DNA from: Deltaproteobacteria bacterium RBG_16_54_18
GTDB taxonomy: Bacteria > Desulfobacterota > B13-G15 > RBG-16-54-18
DNA length: 32,143 nt
NCBI GenBank assembly: GCA_001797935.1
Contig: MGQT01000058.1
Coordinates: forward strand, 1-32,143
Reading direction: 5' to 3'
Under the pieces are notes generated by a model. It did no database searches. It saw only the letters and a list, made by a program, of their open reading frames with translations, and was not told the DNA's origin. Positions 1 to 12,181 of this stretch are shown in pieces (the stretch's first letter is position 1; each line of letters begins with the position of its first letter). The translations under genes were made by a program, and so were the position numbers.

Positions 1-1250
<1,250 letters not shown>

Positions 1251-1269
1251 GGAGACAAGGGGAGCGACG

Positions 1270-3219
1270 GTGCATAGACACGTGCATAACTGGTGCATAC
1301 TGGTTTTTCTCGTCAGTTTTCTTCTCGGTTCGGGAGTGAACGTTGGTGCGCAGGAGGGGAGCGGAGGAGAAGATATGTGGACTGCCCCTGTTCCCCACGA
1401 CGTAGAATTCATGAAAGTATGGGCTCAGCGTAAAGAGGCCCTGGCCGCAGGGACGGCGGGAGCTCTCGGCGAACGGCAACTAGAGGAGCTTATCCAACGG
1501 AAACTCGACAAGGGGGTTACAAATTTATGGGACTATGCCATCCTCGTCATGAGGGAGGGTAAGCAACTGGCGGACAAGGAAAAGAGAATAAAGCTCGGGG
1601 AATTTGCACAGCGGTTGGCACCGGATCTTCCCAACGTCTACTTCTATACCGGCAATGCTCAGTTGGAGAAAAACAGATGGAAGTTGTCTTCAGTGATCGA
1701 AGGGAATATGGCGGGATTTAAGGCCTATCTCCGCAATATACCCATGGCAATCGGCCAAGGTCTCAACGCCCTCTACGGCATGGGCCTCGGTATTTTATTG
1801 GCTATTGTGACCTTTTGTCTCATGGTGTTCTTTAAGCGCCTGCCGATTTATCTGCATGCCCTTAAGGAGGAATTAAAGGGGGGGACGCAAGAGCTTATAC
1901 AAGGGGTAGGGCGAATCACCCTGCTTGTCCTGCCGTTTCTCTTACAGCTCAATATTGTGTGGTGCGTCCTGATCTGGTGTCTTATTCTTTGGCGGTACCT
2001 TACCAAAGGAGAAAAGGGCTTAGTCCTGCTCTCTTTCTTGTTTGTCGTTTATTTGCCCCCGACTGGCGATGCCCTCCTTCAATTTATGGCAGGGCCGCGG
2101 GCACAAGCGGTCTTTGATATCTACGAGACTACCTATGGGGAGCGTCGACCTCAGGCAGTAGAGAGACTTAAACGATGGGTCGAAGATCATCCCGAGGATC
2201 GTGATGCCTTGTTCGCCGTGGCCTTGGCCTCTAAACGGGAAGGGGATTATCCCGAGGCGAAGAAGTATTATCAGCAATTGCTCAAGCTCAATCCGTCTGA
2301 TCCGGCGGTCATTTCCAATTTCGGCAACCTCTCGCTTGCCCTGGGCGATCCGGTAACAGCGAGCGGCTTGTATCAGAAGGCCATCGAATTGGCCCCCAAT
2401 AACGGAGCCTATTATTTTAATCTGAGCAAGTCGCTGTCCCAGAGATCGATGGTCGTTTTACAAGATGCGGATCAAACATTTCAAAAGGCCAAGGAGTTGA
2501 GTCCCGCCGTAATCGGGGAACACATGGAGATCGACTCCCCGCATCCCAATCGCAGTGTGATTGATATGACGGTTCCCCTCGATGACCTCCGCAATAAACT
2601 CAACGCCGCTTTTTGGCGTGAGACGGGTCTTTCATACTTCATCGTTGATGTGTGGCTCCGCGACCTCTCACCCCGCCTTCCCTTTGTTGTTCCGGTCTTG
2701 TTCGTCGTGGCCGTTATCGGGATAGCAATTGTGCGGAAGGGACGAGAGGAGTGGTGGCGATGCTCCCAGTGCGGGATGATCAGCACTCAGCCGGTCGGTA
2801 AAAGAGAGGGGAGGAAGAGTATCTGCGTCAGATGTTTTCGAATCATCAAAGGCAAGGAGATTGATAAAGGCCTTAAGGCGGGGAAACTCAGAGATACCAA
2901 GATATTCCAGATACGCATGGGAGTCTACGATAAGTTGTTTCCTTTTCTCGTTCCGGGGGTCGGTCATATTTGGAAGGGATATAATGTCCGGGGCCTATTG
3001 TATCTGTGCATATTTTTTGTCGCGCTCGGCATCGTTTCCTTTGGTAGAGACATTATCCCGTTGGCGATCCCCTTACCGACCGCCGGCGTGCCCGGGGGAG
3101 TATTGTTCATAATTACATTTCTTGTTGTCTTGTATGGTGTGGCCGCATGGGGCGGATATAGAAAAGAAGGGCGAGAGATAACGAAACCTTCCTTCTCCTT
3201 AGAAGGGATCAGGAGGTAA
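1270..3219 (+). CDS. Uncharacterised polytopic membrane protein with TPR repeats and a CxxC...CxxC zinc ribbon
   Basis: Long ORF. GTG 1270 lies 5 nt after GGGGAG and gives a signal-like N-terminus (HRHVHNWCILVFLVSFLLGSGVNVGA/QE). ATG 1198 would overlap guaB by 53 nt. There are several hydrophobic spans and TPR-like repeats (GDYPEAKKYYQQLLKLNPSDP, GDPVTASGLYQKAIELAPNN). The zinc ribbon is WWRCSQCG...CVRC, followed by a PGVGHIWKGYNVRGLLYL TM2-like segment. I recognise no specific family. Confidence 0.7.
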   Translation: MHRHVHNWCILVFLVSFLLGSGVNVGAQEGSGGEDMWTAPVPHDVEFMKVWAQRKEALAAGTAGALGERQLEELIQRKLDKGVTNLWDYAILVMREGKQLADKEKRIKLGEFAQRLAPDLPNVYFYTGNAQLEKNRWKLSSVIEGNMAGFKAYLRNIPMAIGQGLNALYGMGLGILLAIVTFCLMVFFKRLPIYLHALKEELKGGTQELIQGVGRITLLVLPFLLQLNIVWCVLIWCLILWRYLTKGEKGLVLLSFLFVVYLPPTGDALLQFMAGPRAQAVFDIYETTYGERRPQAVERLKRWVEDHPEDRDALFAVALASKREGDYPEAKKYYQQLLKLNPSDPAVISNFGNLSLALGDPVTASGLYQKAIELAPNNGAYYFNLSKSLSQRSMVVLQDADQTFQKAKELSPAVIGEHMEIDSPHPNRSVIDMTVPLDDLRNKLNAAFWRETGLSYFIVDVWLRDLSPRLPFVVPVLFVVAVIGIAIVRKGREEWWRCSQCGMISTQPVGKREGRKSICVRCFRIIKGKEIDKGLKAGKLRDTKIFQIRMGVYDKLFPFLVPGVGHIWKGYNVRGLLYLCIFFVALGIVSFGRDIIPLAIPLPTAGVPGGVLFIITFLVVLYGVAAWGGYRKEGREITKPSFSLEGIRR

Positions 3220-3226
3220 TCTCGGA

Positions 3227-4312
3227 ATGGCATTAGAAGGAGAACTGAAAGATTTCAATATTCTGGAGGTAATCCAGCTGCTCGGCCAACAGGGGAAGAG
3301 CGGCGTGTTGAAGGTGCGGGGGTGGGACAAGCAGGGTGATCAGGAGGCAGGGATATACTTTTTTGAGGGGAAGATTACCCACGCAACCTTCACCCACCGG
3401 ACAAGGGGGGACCTGCTCGGCGAACGGCTTGCCAAGACAGGCATCATCTCCCGGGAGGAATTGAACACCGCGCTCAAGAACCAGAAAAAAACAGAACGTT
3501 TTCTCGGAGAGACCATCGTCGAGGGGGGGATGGCGGAGGAGCACGTTGTCCTCAACGCCCTCTACACTCAGGTGCACGAGCTGATCTACGAGATATTTCG
3601 TTTAAAAGAGGGAAAATTCCAGTTTACGCCGCTCACCGATACCAAGGCCCCGAAGATCTCCACGCAATTAAATGCAGATGAAGTGATGCTGAATATTCTC
3701 AAGATGGTTGATGAGTGGCCGGAGATAGAAAAAAGGATGCCGCCTACCGCCATGGTACTCCAAAAATCGGGGACCCTTGAGCAGCATGGGATAACCCTGT
3801 CGGAAGATCACGATGCCGTGTACCGTCTGGTGGATGGCACCAGGAGCGTCAACGAAATCGTAGAGATGAGTCTCTTGGGGAAATTTGCTACCCTGGAGAT
3901 CTTGGCAGGTCTTCTGGAGGGGGGGGATATCAAAGAGAAAGGCACCAAGAAGGAAGTGGGCACGAAGGAAACACCTGCCCCCGTGGTTTCGCAGCCATCT
4001 CGGGCACGTGCGTGGGAATCAGGGCCGGAGCGCACAAGATACTTGGCGGGGTTGCTCATCGCGCTCATCCTCCTGCTCGTTGCTTTTTTCCCGTTCAAGC
4101 GTAACTTTTTATGGCAGGGACAACACGCGGGATATGCCCGCCAAGGATACGTTGATCAGACGAGGCAAGAACGACTGGAATGGGGGAGGATGATCTTTTT
4201 CACAGAAAAGGGAAGATATCCGACGAATCTCAAAGAACTCGTCGATGCGGGCATAGTGACCGAGGAGGACGTGAAGGGGATTGATGTCCGAAGAAAAAGT
4301 AATCATCCTTGA
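3227..4312 (+). CDS. DUF4388 (PATAN-type) domain protein with a C-terminal transmembrane helix
   Basis: The N-terminus [26 protein letters not shown]...[11 protein letters not shown]...[20 protein letters not shown]...[11 protein letters not shown]...[14 protein letters not shown] matches my memory of the DUF4388 pattern. AGGAGG lies 10 nt upstream of the ATG. A hydrophobic helix [18 protein letters not shown] sits near the C-terminus. The 3' end overlaps guaA by 32 nt. Confidence 0.8.
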   Translation: MALEGELKDFNILEVIQLLGQQGKSGVLKVRGWDKQGDQEAGIYFFEGKITHATFTHRTRGDLLGERLAKTGIISREELNTALKNQKKTERFLGETIVEGGMAEEHVVLNALYTQVHELIYEIFRLKEGKFQFTPLTDTKAPKISTQLNADEVMLNILKMVDEWPEIEKRMPPTAMVLQKSGTLEQHGITLSEDHDAVYRLVDGTRSVNEIVEMSLLGKFATLEILAGLLEGGDIKEKGTKKEVGTKETPAPVVSQPSRARAWESGPERTRYLAGLLIALILLLVAFFPFKRNFLWQGQHAGYARQGYVDQTRQERLEWGRMIFFTEKGRYPTNLKELVDAGIVTEEDVKGIDVRRKSNHP

Positions 4313-5828
4313 TTTTGGTTCTCAATATACACAGCTCATCGCCCGACGCATCAGAGAACAAAAGGTCTATTGTGAAATCCACCCGTACACGTATTCGCCT
4401 GAGGCGATCAAAGGTAACGAGACAAAAGGGATCATCCTGTCGGGGGGGCCTGCGAGCGTTTACGATACCGCCGCCCCACGAATTGGCCCGGAGCTCTTCC
4501 ACAGCGGCATTCCCGTGCTCGGGATCTGCTATGGGATGCAGTTGATGACCTCGGTTTTGGGGGGGCACGTTGCCCCTTCCAAGGACCGGGAGTACGGGAG
4601 GGCGCAGTTAGAGATAGATCAACCGTATCAGATCTTCGACGGCCTGAGGAAGGGGCACACGTATCACGTATGGATGAGCCATGGTGATCGGGTGGAAAAA
4701 CTCCCTCCGGGGTTTATCCCGCTGGCGCACTCCGCTAATTCTCCTTTTGCTGCCATGGGAGATCTGGAGCGTGGTCTGATAGGCCTTCAGTTTCATCCCG
4801 AAGTGGCGCATACCGAAATTGGCGGTGAAGTACTCCATAATTTTCTCTTCCGCATATGTCGATGCAGCGGCAGTTGGGACATGAGGTCTTTTGTGGAGAC
4901 CTCGGTGCGCATGATTAACGACATAGCGGGAGGGGAACGAGTTATTTGTGCGGTGAGCGGGGGAGTTGATTCGTCGGTGGTAGCCGCCCTTATGCACAAG
5001 GCCATCGGTGAGCGGCTGACGTGTATCTTTGTCGACAACGGCCTTCTCAGAAAAGCCGAGGCTCAGGAGGTGTTATCTATCCTGAGGGACTCTTTCCGTT
5101 TAGATCTGCGCTTCGTCGATGCCGGCGAGGAATTTTTGGATCGTCTCAAGGGAGTTGAAGATCCCGAGCAAAAGAGAAAGATTATCGGAGAACTCTTCAT
5201 CACGATCTTTGAGCGAGAGGCAAAAAAAGTTGGCACGGTGACTTATCTGGCGCAGGGGACCCTCTATCCCGATGTCATTGAAAGCGTATCGTTCAAAGGG
5301 CCCTCCGCGACCATTAAAAGCCATCACAATGTGGGGGGGCTGCCGGAGCGGATGCACTTAAAACTCATTGAGCCCCTGAGGGAGCTTTTTAAAGATGAAG
5401 TGAGAAGAGTTGGAAAAGAGCTGGGGCTTCCCGATCGGATCGTGTATCGTCAACCCTTCCCCGGCCCCGGGTTGGCGGTGCGGGTAATCGGTGAGGTTAC
5501 TGCGGAGAGGCTGAACGTCCTGCGCGAGGCCGATGCCATTATGCAGGAGGAGATCGTCAAGGCCGATTGTTACCGTGATATTTGGCAGTCGTTCGCCGTC
5601 TTACTGCCGGTCAAGACGGTGGGCGTTATGGGGGACGAGAGGACCTATGAAAACGTCATTGCCCTGCGCGCCGTCTCCAGTCTGGACGGTATGACGGCGG
5701 ATTGGGTACGGCTTCCGTATGAGGTCGTTGGCGTGATAGCAAATCGCATTATTAATGAAGTGCAGGGTGTCAACCGCGTCGTCTACGACATCAGCTCAAA
5801 ACCGCCCGGTACCATCGAGTGGGAATAA
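4281..5828 (+). CDS. guaA: GMP synthase (glutamine-hydrolysing)
   Basis: The N-terminal GATase is [20 protein letters not shown]...GICYGMQ. The ATP-PPase P-loop is SGGVDSSV. The C-terminus is PPGTIEWE. Full length is 515 aa. Confidence 0.97.
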   Translation: MMSEEKVIILDFGSQYTQLIARRIREQKVYCEIHPYTYSPEAIKGNETKGIILSGGPASVYDTAAPRIGPELFHSGIPVLGICYGMQLMTSVLGGHVAPSKDREYGRAQLEIDQPYQIFDGLRKGHTYHVWMSHGDRVEKLPPGFIPLAHSANSPFAAMGDLERGLIGLQFHPEVAHTEIGGEVLHNFLFRICRCSGSWDMRSFVETSVRMINDIAGGERVICAVSGGVDSSVVAALMHKAIGERLTCIFVDNGLLRKAEAQEVLSILRDSFRLDLRFVDAGEEFLDRLKGVEDPEQKRKIIGELFITIFEREAKKVGTVTYLAQGTLYPDVIESVSFKGPSATIKSHHNVGGLPERMHLKLIEPLRELFKDEVRRVGKELGLPDRIVYRQPFPGPGLAVRVIGEVTAERLNVLREADAIMQEEIVKADCYRDIWQSFAVLLPVKTVGVMGDERTYENVIALRAVSSLDGMTADWVRLPYEVVGVIANRIINEVQGVNRVVYDISSKPPGTIEWE

Positions 5829-5940
5829 GGATATGAGGTGCGCACGGTCTATCGGCAATGGAGATGTTAACTATGAAGGATCTTGTCTTATTACACCGAG
5901 AGGTGTGTCGAGTCTTATCAGTTTAGCGCAGTAACGGCAT

Positions 5941-8900
5941 ATGAAAGAATTTGTCCATCTTCATCTCCACAGCCAATATAGCCTTTTGGACGGAGCTATT
6001 CGTTTCGAAGAGCTCTTTCCCCTTGCCCGAGAGTATGGGATGAGGTCTTTGGCCTTAACCGACCATGGCAATATGTTCGGTGTCCTTGAGTTCTATCAAG
6101 GTGCCATCAGCCATGGGATAAAGCCGATCATCGGGTGTGAGGTCTATGTCGCGCCGGAGTCGCGCTTAAAAAAAGAGCCGGGTGGCCTCAAAGATACCTC
6201 CTACCATCTCGTGCTGTTGGCTAAAGATCAGGAGGGGTATGCAAATCTCATACGGTTGGTCAGCCTGGCCCACCTGGAAGGTTTCTATTACAAGCCGCGT
6301 GTGGATAAAGAACTCCTGGAACAGTGTAATACGGGATTGATCGCCCTCAGCAGTTGCCTCAAGGGGGAGATCCCCACGCTCTTGCTGCGGGGGAATAGGG
6401 AGGGAGCCCGGGCAGTTGCCGGATGGTATAAGGAAATCTTTGCCGATCGTCGTTTTTTCTTAGAGCTTCAGGATAACGGCCTCGCGGAACAGAAGGTGGT
6501 CAACGAGGGGCTCGCGGCGTTGAGTAAGGAGATGGAGATACCATTGGTGGCGACCAACGATTGCCACTACCTGCGGTTCGAGGACGCCCAGGCCCATGAT
6601 GTCCTGCTCTGCATCCAGACGGGGAAGACGCTCAAGGACCCCAAGCGAATGAAATTTTCCACGGAGCAGTTTTACCTGCGTCCTGTGGAAGAAATGGAAC
6701 GGCTGTTCAGCCACTATCCTGAAGCCCTCGAAATCACCGCAGAGATAGCGGAACGGTGCAACGTGGAGTTGCGCTTCGAAGAGTATCATCTTCCCCGCTT
6801 TAAACTGCCCCCCGGGGAAGCCTCTTTGGACCTTTATCTCGAAAAGAAGGCCGCGGATGGTCTGGAGCGGCGTTTTTCCTATCTGGCAAAAGACCCCGTG
6901 GAAAAAGAGCGGTATGTAAAACGGCTGCACGAGGAGCTCTCCATGATCAAGTCCATGGGGTTTTCCGGTTACTTCCTTATCGTGGCCGATTTCATCGACT
7001 ATGCCAAGGCGCACGAGATCCCGGTCGGACCGGGGAGAGGGTCGGCAGCAGGGAGTTTAGCGGCATATTCCTTGGGGATAACGGATATTAATCCTCTGGC
7101 CTATGATCTCATCTTTGAGCGGTTTCTGAACCCGGAGCGTATCAGCCTTCCCGACATCGATGTGGACTTTTGCATCGAGGGGAGAGACGAGGTCATCAGA
7201 TACGTAACGGAAAAATACGGGAAAGAAAATGTGGCCCAGATCATCACCTTTGGAAAGATGCAGGCCAAGGCCGTGGTGCGTGATGTCGGTCGCGTGCTCG
7301 ATCTTCCGTATAAAGAGGTAGATACCATCGCTAAACTTATCCCCAATACGCTCAACATTACCTTAGACCAGGCCCTGGAGCAGGAACCAAGATTGCATGA
7401 GCTAGCCGAGCGGGATGAGGTAGTTTCCAAACTTCTCTCGCTCGCCCGTTCGTTGGAAGGGATGGTACGACATGCATCCACCCATGCCGCAGGGGTGGTT
7501 ATCTCCCATCGCCCGCTTATGGAATACATACCTCTTTATAAAGGGACAGACGGCGAGGTAGTTACGCAATATGCCATGAAGGATGTGGAACGCGTCGGCC
7601 TGGTGAAATTCGATTTTTTAGGTCTCAAGACCTTAACGGTCTTAAACAAGGCAGAGGCATTGATCGAACGCACGAGAGGAGAAACGCTTGCGCTCGCCCG
7701 CATTCCTTTGGATGATCGCGAGACCTACCGGCTCCTCGGCTCCGGCGATACAACGGGGATATTCCAACTGGAAAGTTCGGGAATGCGGGATCTCTTGGTG
7801 AAATTGCGCCCCGATGCCTTTACCGACTTGATCGCCTTGGTGGCCCTCTATCGGCCGGGTCCCCTCGGGAGCGGCATGGTCGATGACTTTATCAAACGGC
7901 GACATAAAGAGGCAGCGGTCACGTATGAGGTGCCTGCGTTGCGGGAGATCATTGAGGACACCTATGGGGTGATCGTTTATCAAGAGCAGGTAATGCGGAT
8001 CGCGAGTGTGATCGGCAATTTTACGCTCGGTGATGCCGATATTCTGCGCCGTGCCATGAGCAAGAAGAATCCGGCGGAAATGGAACGGCACAAGGAGAAA
8101 TTCATTACGGGTGCCCGTCGCAACGGCATCGAGCGAAAAAAGGCCGAACGCATTTTTGAGATGATGAATAAGTTTGCCGAATACGGCTTTAATAAGTCGC
8201 ATAGCGCCGCCTATGCCCTCATCGCTTATCAAACGGCCTACTTAAAAGTTCATTATCAGATCGAGTTCATGGCGGCCCTGCTGACCTGTGACATGGATAA
8301 TACCGACAAGGTGATACGGTATGTGGCCGAGTGCCGGGAAAAGGGTATTGAAGTTTTGCCACCAGATATCAAAGAGAGTGATTGGGGTTTTATGGTCACG
8401 GGGGGAAAAATCAGATATGGTCTCGGGGCGGTAAAAAATGTGGGATTAGGAGCGGTCGAGGAGATCATCAAACAGCGCGACGCAGGAGAACGGATCACTT
8501 CTCTGTTCGGGTTTTGTGAGTCAGTGGATCTACGCAGGGTGAACCGCAGAGTCATAGAAAGCCTTATTAAGGCAGGGGCCTTTGATTCCACGGATGCTCA
8601 CCGCTCACAGCTTATGCTCGGCTTGGAGGAGGCCTTGGAGCGCGGGCAGGCCAGACAAAAAGAGCGGCGTGCGGGGCAGCCCGCCCTCTTTGATGGGCTT
8701 GCGGTGCCGCACGGCCATGGTGCGATGCCGGCTGTTGAGGAGTGGCCCGAACAGCAGCTCCTGAGCTTTGAAAAAGATGTACTCGGTTTTTACTTGACGA
8801 GCCATCCCCTCATCAGATATCAACAAGACATCCGCGAACTCACCACGGTCGATACAGAAGGCCTGGAGGAGGTGGCGAATGCCGCCCAGGTCAGTGTCGG

Positions 8901-9381
8901 GGGGTTGGTGGCAGAGGTCAAGGAGATCAGCACCAAAAAAGGGGATCAGATGGCCTTTCTTACCCTCGAGGATATGAAGGGAAGGGTAGAGGTGATCGTC
9001 TTTCCCGACCTCTTTCGCAAGGTTCGTCCATACCTGACGGTTGACATGCCCGTTGTGGTGCGGGGGCAATTGGATAAAGGGGAGGAACGGCATAAAGTAA
9101 AGGCGTCCTCCATCGTGCCTCTCGATGAGGCCAAAAAAGAAAAGATATCCAAGGTACACGTGAGGCTCCGTACGCCGGGAATTTCCAAAGAGCAGTTGGT
9201 GCGGCTCAGGGAGATCTTGGAGGAGAACAAGGGGAAGTGCGAAGCCCTCCTCCATTTGATAGTTCCCCATAACTCGGAAGTGATTATGGCCGTTTCCTCT
9301 GCGTTGACGGTTGAACCCTCGGAGCATATGCGCAGGTCAGTAGAGGGGCTCTTCGGCGAGAAGGCGGTAGAGATGGAGTGA
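5941..9381 (+). CDS. dnaE: DNA polymerase III alpha subunit
   Basis: 1146 aa. The PHP domain starts FVHLHLHSQYSLLDG, followed by GPGRGSAAGSLAAYSLGITDI, LPDIDVDF, FNKSHSAAYA and a C-terminal OB region. No intein-sized insertion is visible. Confidence 0.97.
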   Translation: MKEFVHLHLHSQYSLLDGAIRFEELFPLAREYGMRSLALTDHGNMFGVLEFYQGAISHGIKPIIGCEVYVAPESRLKKEPGGLKDTSYHLVLLAKDQEGYANLIRLVSLAHLEGFYYKPRVDKELLEQCNTGLIALSSCLKGEIPTLLLRGNREGARAVAGWYKEIFADRRFFLELQDNGLAEQKVVNEGLAALSKEMEIPLVATNDCHYLRFEDAQAHDVLLCIQTGKTLKDPKRMKFSTEQFYLRPVEEMERLFSHYPEALEITAEIAERCNVELRFEEYHLPRFKLPPGEASLDLYLEKKAADGLERRFSYLAKDPVEKERYVKRLHEELSMIKSMGFSGYFLIVADFIDYAKAHEIPVGPGRGSAAGSLAAYSLGITDINPLAYDLIFERFLNPERISLPDIDVDFCIEGRDEVIRYVTEKYGKENVAQIITFGKMQAKAVVRDVGRVLDLPYKEVDTIAKLIPNTLNITLDQALEQEPRLHELAERDEVVSKLLSLARSLEGMVRHASTHAAGVVISHRPLMEYIPLYKGTDGEVVTQYAMKDVERVGLVKFDFLGLKTLTVLNKAEALIERTRGETLALARIPLDDRETYRLLGSGDTTGIFQLESSGMRDLLVKLRPDAFTDLIALVALYRPGPLGSGMVDDFIKRRHKEAAVTYEVPALREIIEDTYGVIVYQEQVMRIASVIGNFTLGDADILRRAMSKKNPAEMERHKEKFITGARRNGIERKKAERIFEMMNKFAEYGFNKSHSAAYALIAYQTAYLKVHYQIEFMAALLTCDMDNTDKVIRYVAECREKGIEVLPPDIKESDWGFMVTGGKIRYGLGAVKNVGLGAVEEIIKQRDAGERITSLFGFCESVDLRRVNRRVIESLIKAGAFDSTDAHRSQLMLGLEEALERGQARQKERRAGQPALFDGLAVPHGHGAMPAVEEWPEQQLLSFEKDVLGFYLTSHPLIRYQQDIRELTTVDTEGLEEVANAAQVSVGGLVAEVKEISTKKGDQMAFLTLEDMKGRVEVIVFPDLFRKVRPYLTVDMPVVVRGQLDKGEERHKVKASSIVPLDEAKKEKISKVHVRLRTPGISKEQLVRLREILEENKGKCEALLHLIVPHNSEVIMAVSSALTVEPSEHMRRSVEGLFGEKAVEME

Positions 9382-9443
9382 GAGAAATTTGCCGTAGGGC
9401 GCGTGAATATAGGCAAAGGCGATGAAATAAGGAGCGATGGAAC

Positions 9444-10403
9444 ATGGTGAAACACTATCTTGATTTTGAGAAACCGTTGATGGTGTTGGAGCGGGAATAC
9501 GAAGAGTTGCAGCGATTCGCCCCCCGCAATGACCCGAAGGTCAGTGCAAGGATCGAACGGCTCGAAAAAATGATTGCCAAGGAACGTGAAGACATCTATG
9601 CACAGCTTAGCCCCTGGCAGCGGACGCATCTTTCGCGTCACATTGATCGCCCGCATACGTTAGATTACATCCACCTGATCTTTGAGGATTTCATGGAGCT
9701 CCATGGCGACCGGGGATTTATGGATGATCCGGCTATCGTCGGAGGGTTCGCGCGCCTGGAGGGGGAGACAGTCGTCGTGGTAGGGCATCAAAAGGGGAGA
9801 GATGTGAAGGATATGGGATATCGTAATTTTGGGATGTCCCATCCCGAGGGGTATCGTAAAGCCCTCAGGATCATGGAGTTGGCGGCGAGGTTTAAGAAAC
9901 CCATCATCACGATGATCGATACGCCCGGCGCCTATCCCGGCGTAGGCGCTGAAGAACGGGGACAGGCCGGGGCCATTGCCCGTAACCTCAGGGAAATGGC
10001 CTCCTTTCCTGTACCCATCATCGTCGTGGTTATCGGTGAGGGAGGAAGCGGGGGCGCCTTGGCCATCGGGGTGGGCGATAAAATTCTGATGCTGGAAAAT
10101 GCGATCTATTCGGTCATATCTCCCGAAGGATGTGCCGCCATCTTGTGGCGTGACGGGTCCAAGGGCTCTTTGGCAGCCGAGGCCCTCAAGATGACGGCAG
10201 CGGATCTTCTCAGATTGGGAATCATCGATGAGATCATTCCCGAACCGCTGGGGGGTGCCCATCGCGATTATCACGTGGTTGCAGCTCATGTGAAAGAGGC
10301 GGTCGTACGGAATCTGGGAGCATTGAAGGATGTCCCGGAGGAAAAACTCTTGGCCGACCGATATAAACTCTTCCGCCGCATGGGGACCTTTCAAGAGAAA
10401 TGA
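9444..10403 (+). CDS. accA: Acetyl-CoA carboxylase carboxyltransferase alpha subunit
   Basis: 319 aa. Motifs are LDFEKP...RPHTLDYI...GRDVKDMGYRNFGMSHPEGYRKALR...IDTPGAYPGVGAEERGQ...GEGGSGGALA. AAGGAG lies 9 nt upstream. Confidence 0.95.
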   Translation: MVKHYLDFEKPLMVLEREYEELQRFAPRNDPKVSARIERLEKMIAKEREDIYAQLSPWQRTHLSRHIDRPHTLDYIHLIFEDFMELHGDRGFMDDPAIVGGFARLEGETVVVVGHQKGRDVKDMGYRNFGMSHPEGYRKALRIMELAARFKKPIITMIDTPGAYPGVGAEERGQAGAIARNLREMASFPVPIIVVVIGEGGSGGALAIGVGDKILMLENAIYSVISPEGCAAILWRDGSKGSLAAEALKMTAADLLRLGIIDEIIPEPLGGAHRDYHVVAAHVKEAVVRNLGALKDVPEEKLLADRYKLFRRMGTFQEK

Positions 10404-10513
10404 AGCGTTGCTGACGGAACAAGCATTGCGGTATCATTTTTCTCTTTCGAATTATCCTTGCCATTTTTACCTTGATGGCATACACACCATGAACGATGGT
10501 TCACGAGGTAACG

Positions 10514-12181
10514 ATGGGGGCTAAGATACGAATTCTCTCTCCCGATGTGGCGGGTAAAATAGCGGCTGGCGAGGTGATAGAACGACCTGCCTCGGTGGTC
10601 AAGGAATTGATTGAGAACTCCTTGGATGCCGGTGGACGGACGATAACGGTGGAAGTAGAAGAGGGGGGGAAGAGACGCATTGCCGTGCTGGATGACGGCG
10701 AGGGGATGGTAAAAGAGGATGCCCTCCTTGCCATCGAACGGCATGCCACGAGCAAGCTCTCTGACGAAGGGGGTCTTGCTTCGGTAACAACCCTTGGCTT
10801 TAGGGGTGAGGCTCTTCCTTCTATTGCTGCCGTTTCTCGTTTGCGCCTCACCACGAGGACACGGAGTGAACTTGCAGGCACGCAGGTCGTCGTAGAAGGC
10901 GGCCAGGTAAGGGAAGTAGAGGATATCGGTACACCCCCGGGGACCAGGGTGGAGGTGACGGATCTCTTCTATAATCTGCCGGCGCGACAGAAGTTCCTCC
11001 GGGGGGTGCAGGGTGAGCTTGCCCATATTATCGAGGTCATTACCAGGATGGCCCTCGTCCATACCGCGGTCGGGTTTGTCCTGAAACACAACAAACGGGT
11101 CCTCTTCAATCTTCCGCCCACCGAGGACGAGCTTTCTCGCATTCGAGCCGTCCTCGGAAAAGAGATCACATCCCAGGTACGACGGTTTGATCGGCCGCAC
11201 GCGGGTGGCACCATCAGGGGATGGGCGAGCATCCCCACCTATTGCCGCGGTTCTTCCAAGGGGATCTACATCTATGTCAACGGCCGCTACATCCGTGATA
11301 AGCTGATTTCCCACGCCGTCTCAGAGGCGTACCGCAGGTTTATTCCCTCCAAAATGTATCCGGTAGTCATCCTGTACCTTTCAATTCCTCTTGCCGAGGT
11401 GGATGTAAACGTTCATCCAACCAAAATGGAGATTCGTTTTAGGAGAGGCGAAGAGATCCACCACTTGGTCTCGGACACACTCAAAGGCATCTTAAGCCAT
11501 CCGCCGGAAGAAATGAGGGCTCATGAGGCAGTGGAGATACGGGAAGCAGTTGCCTCATATTCGGTGCCGTCAAATTTTCCCCGCGATGCCGAACCTCGCC
11601 TGCTAACACCCTGGCGGGTAGCAGGTCAACTCAAGGGGACCTACGTGGTGATGGAGGGGGATGAGGGAGTAATGGTCTTCGACCAACACGCGCTCCATGA
11701 GCGGATCCTCTATGAGCACTTGAAGACGAAACTGCCGGGAAAGAAGGTGGCCCAACAACCGTTCCTTATCCCGCAACCTATCGAGATGACGAGGGAGGAA
11801 AAGGAGCTGCTTATTGGTTATCGAGCAGAGCTTGCCGCCATTGGGCTGGATGTGGAGGAATTTGGGGAGAGGACGGTGGCCGTGCACGCTATCCCCTCTT
11901 TTTTACAAGGTGAGGATATGCACACCCTTCTCCAAGCCTTGAGCGAGACCTTGGCGGACCACGGAACGGGTAGTGCCGTCGAAGATGTCAGAGAACGTAT
12001 CTGCGTTTTCCTTGCCTGCCGAGGCGCCATCAAGGCGAATAGACGTTTGCAAGAGGAAGAAGTAAGGTCACTCGTCCAGGAGTGGGAGGAGCTTGCTCGG
12101 CCCACCACCTGTCCTCACGGCAGGCCTCTCATGGTCCTGTGGCGTTGGCAGGAATTGGCCGGATGGTTTAAGAGGGATTAA
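10514..12181 (+). CDS. mutL: DNA mismatch repair protein MutL (endonuclease type)
   Basis: The GHKL N-terminus is IRILSPDVAGKIAAGEVIERPASVVKELIENSLDAG. The endonuclease motif is DQHALHERILYE and the C-terminus has CPHGRP. ATG 10514 is preceded by GAGG and aligns with canonical MutL N-termini. The ORF also opens at ATG 10496. Confidence 0.93.
   Translation: MGAKIRILSPDVAGKIAAGEVIERPASVVKELIENSLDAGGRTITVEVEEGGKRRIAVLDDGEGMVKEDALLAIERHATSKLSDEGGLASVTTLGFRGEALPSIAAVSRLRLTTRTRSELAGTQVVVEGGQVREVEDIGTPPGTRVEVTDLFYNLPARQKFLRGVQGELAHIIEVITRMALVHTAVGFVLKHNKRVLFNLPPTEDELSRIRAVLGKEITSQVRRFDRPHAGGTIRGWASIPTYCRGSSKGIYIYVNGRYIRDKLISHAVSEAYRRFIPSKMYPVVILYLSIPLAEVDVNVHPTKMEIRFRRGEEIHHLVSDTLKGILSHPPEEMRAHEAVEIREAVASYSVPSNFPRDAEPRLLTPWRVAGQLKGTYVVMEGDEGVMVFDQHALHERILYEHLKTKLPGKKVAQQPFLIPQPIEMTREEKELLIGYRAELAAIGLDVEEFGERTVAVHAIPSFLQGEDMHTLLQALSETLADHGTGSAVEDVRERICVFLACRGAIKANRRLQEEEVRSLVQEWEELARPTTCPHGRPLMVLWRWQELAGWFKRD

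Noticed and set aside
5833-5934. 33-codon ORF (MRCARSIGNGDVNYEGSCLITPRGVSSLISLAQ) in the guaA-dnaE spacer.
   Set aside because: The RBS-like AAGGA is only 2 nt from the ATG, there is no recognisable motif, and the size is consistent with chance.
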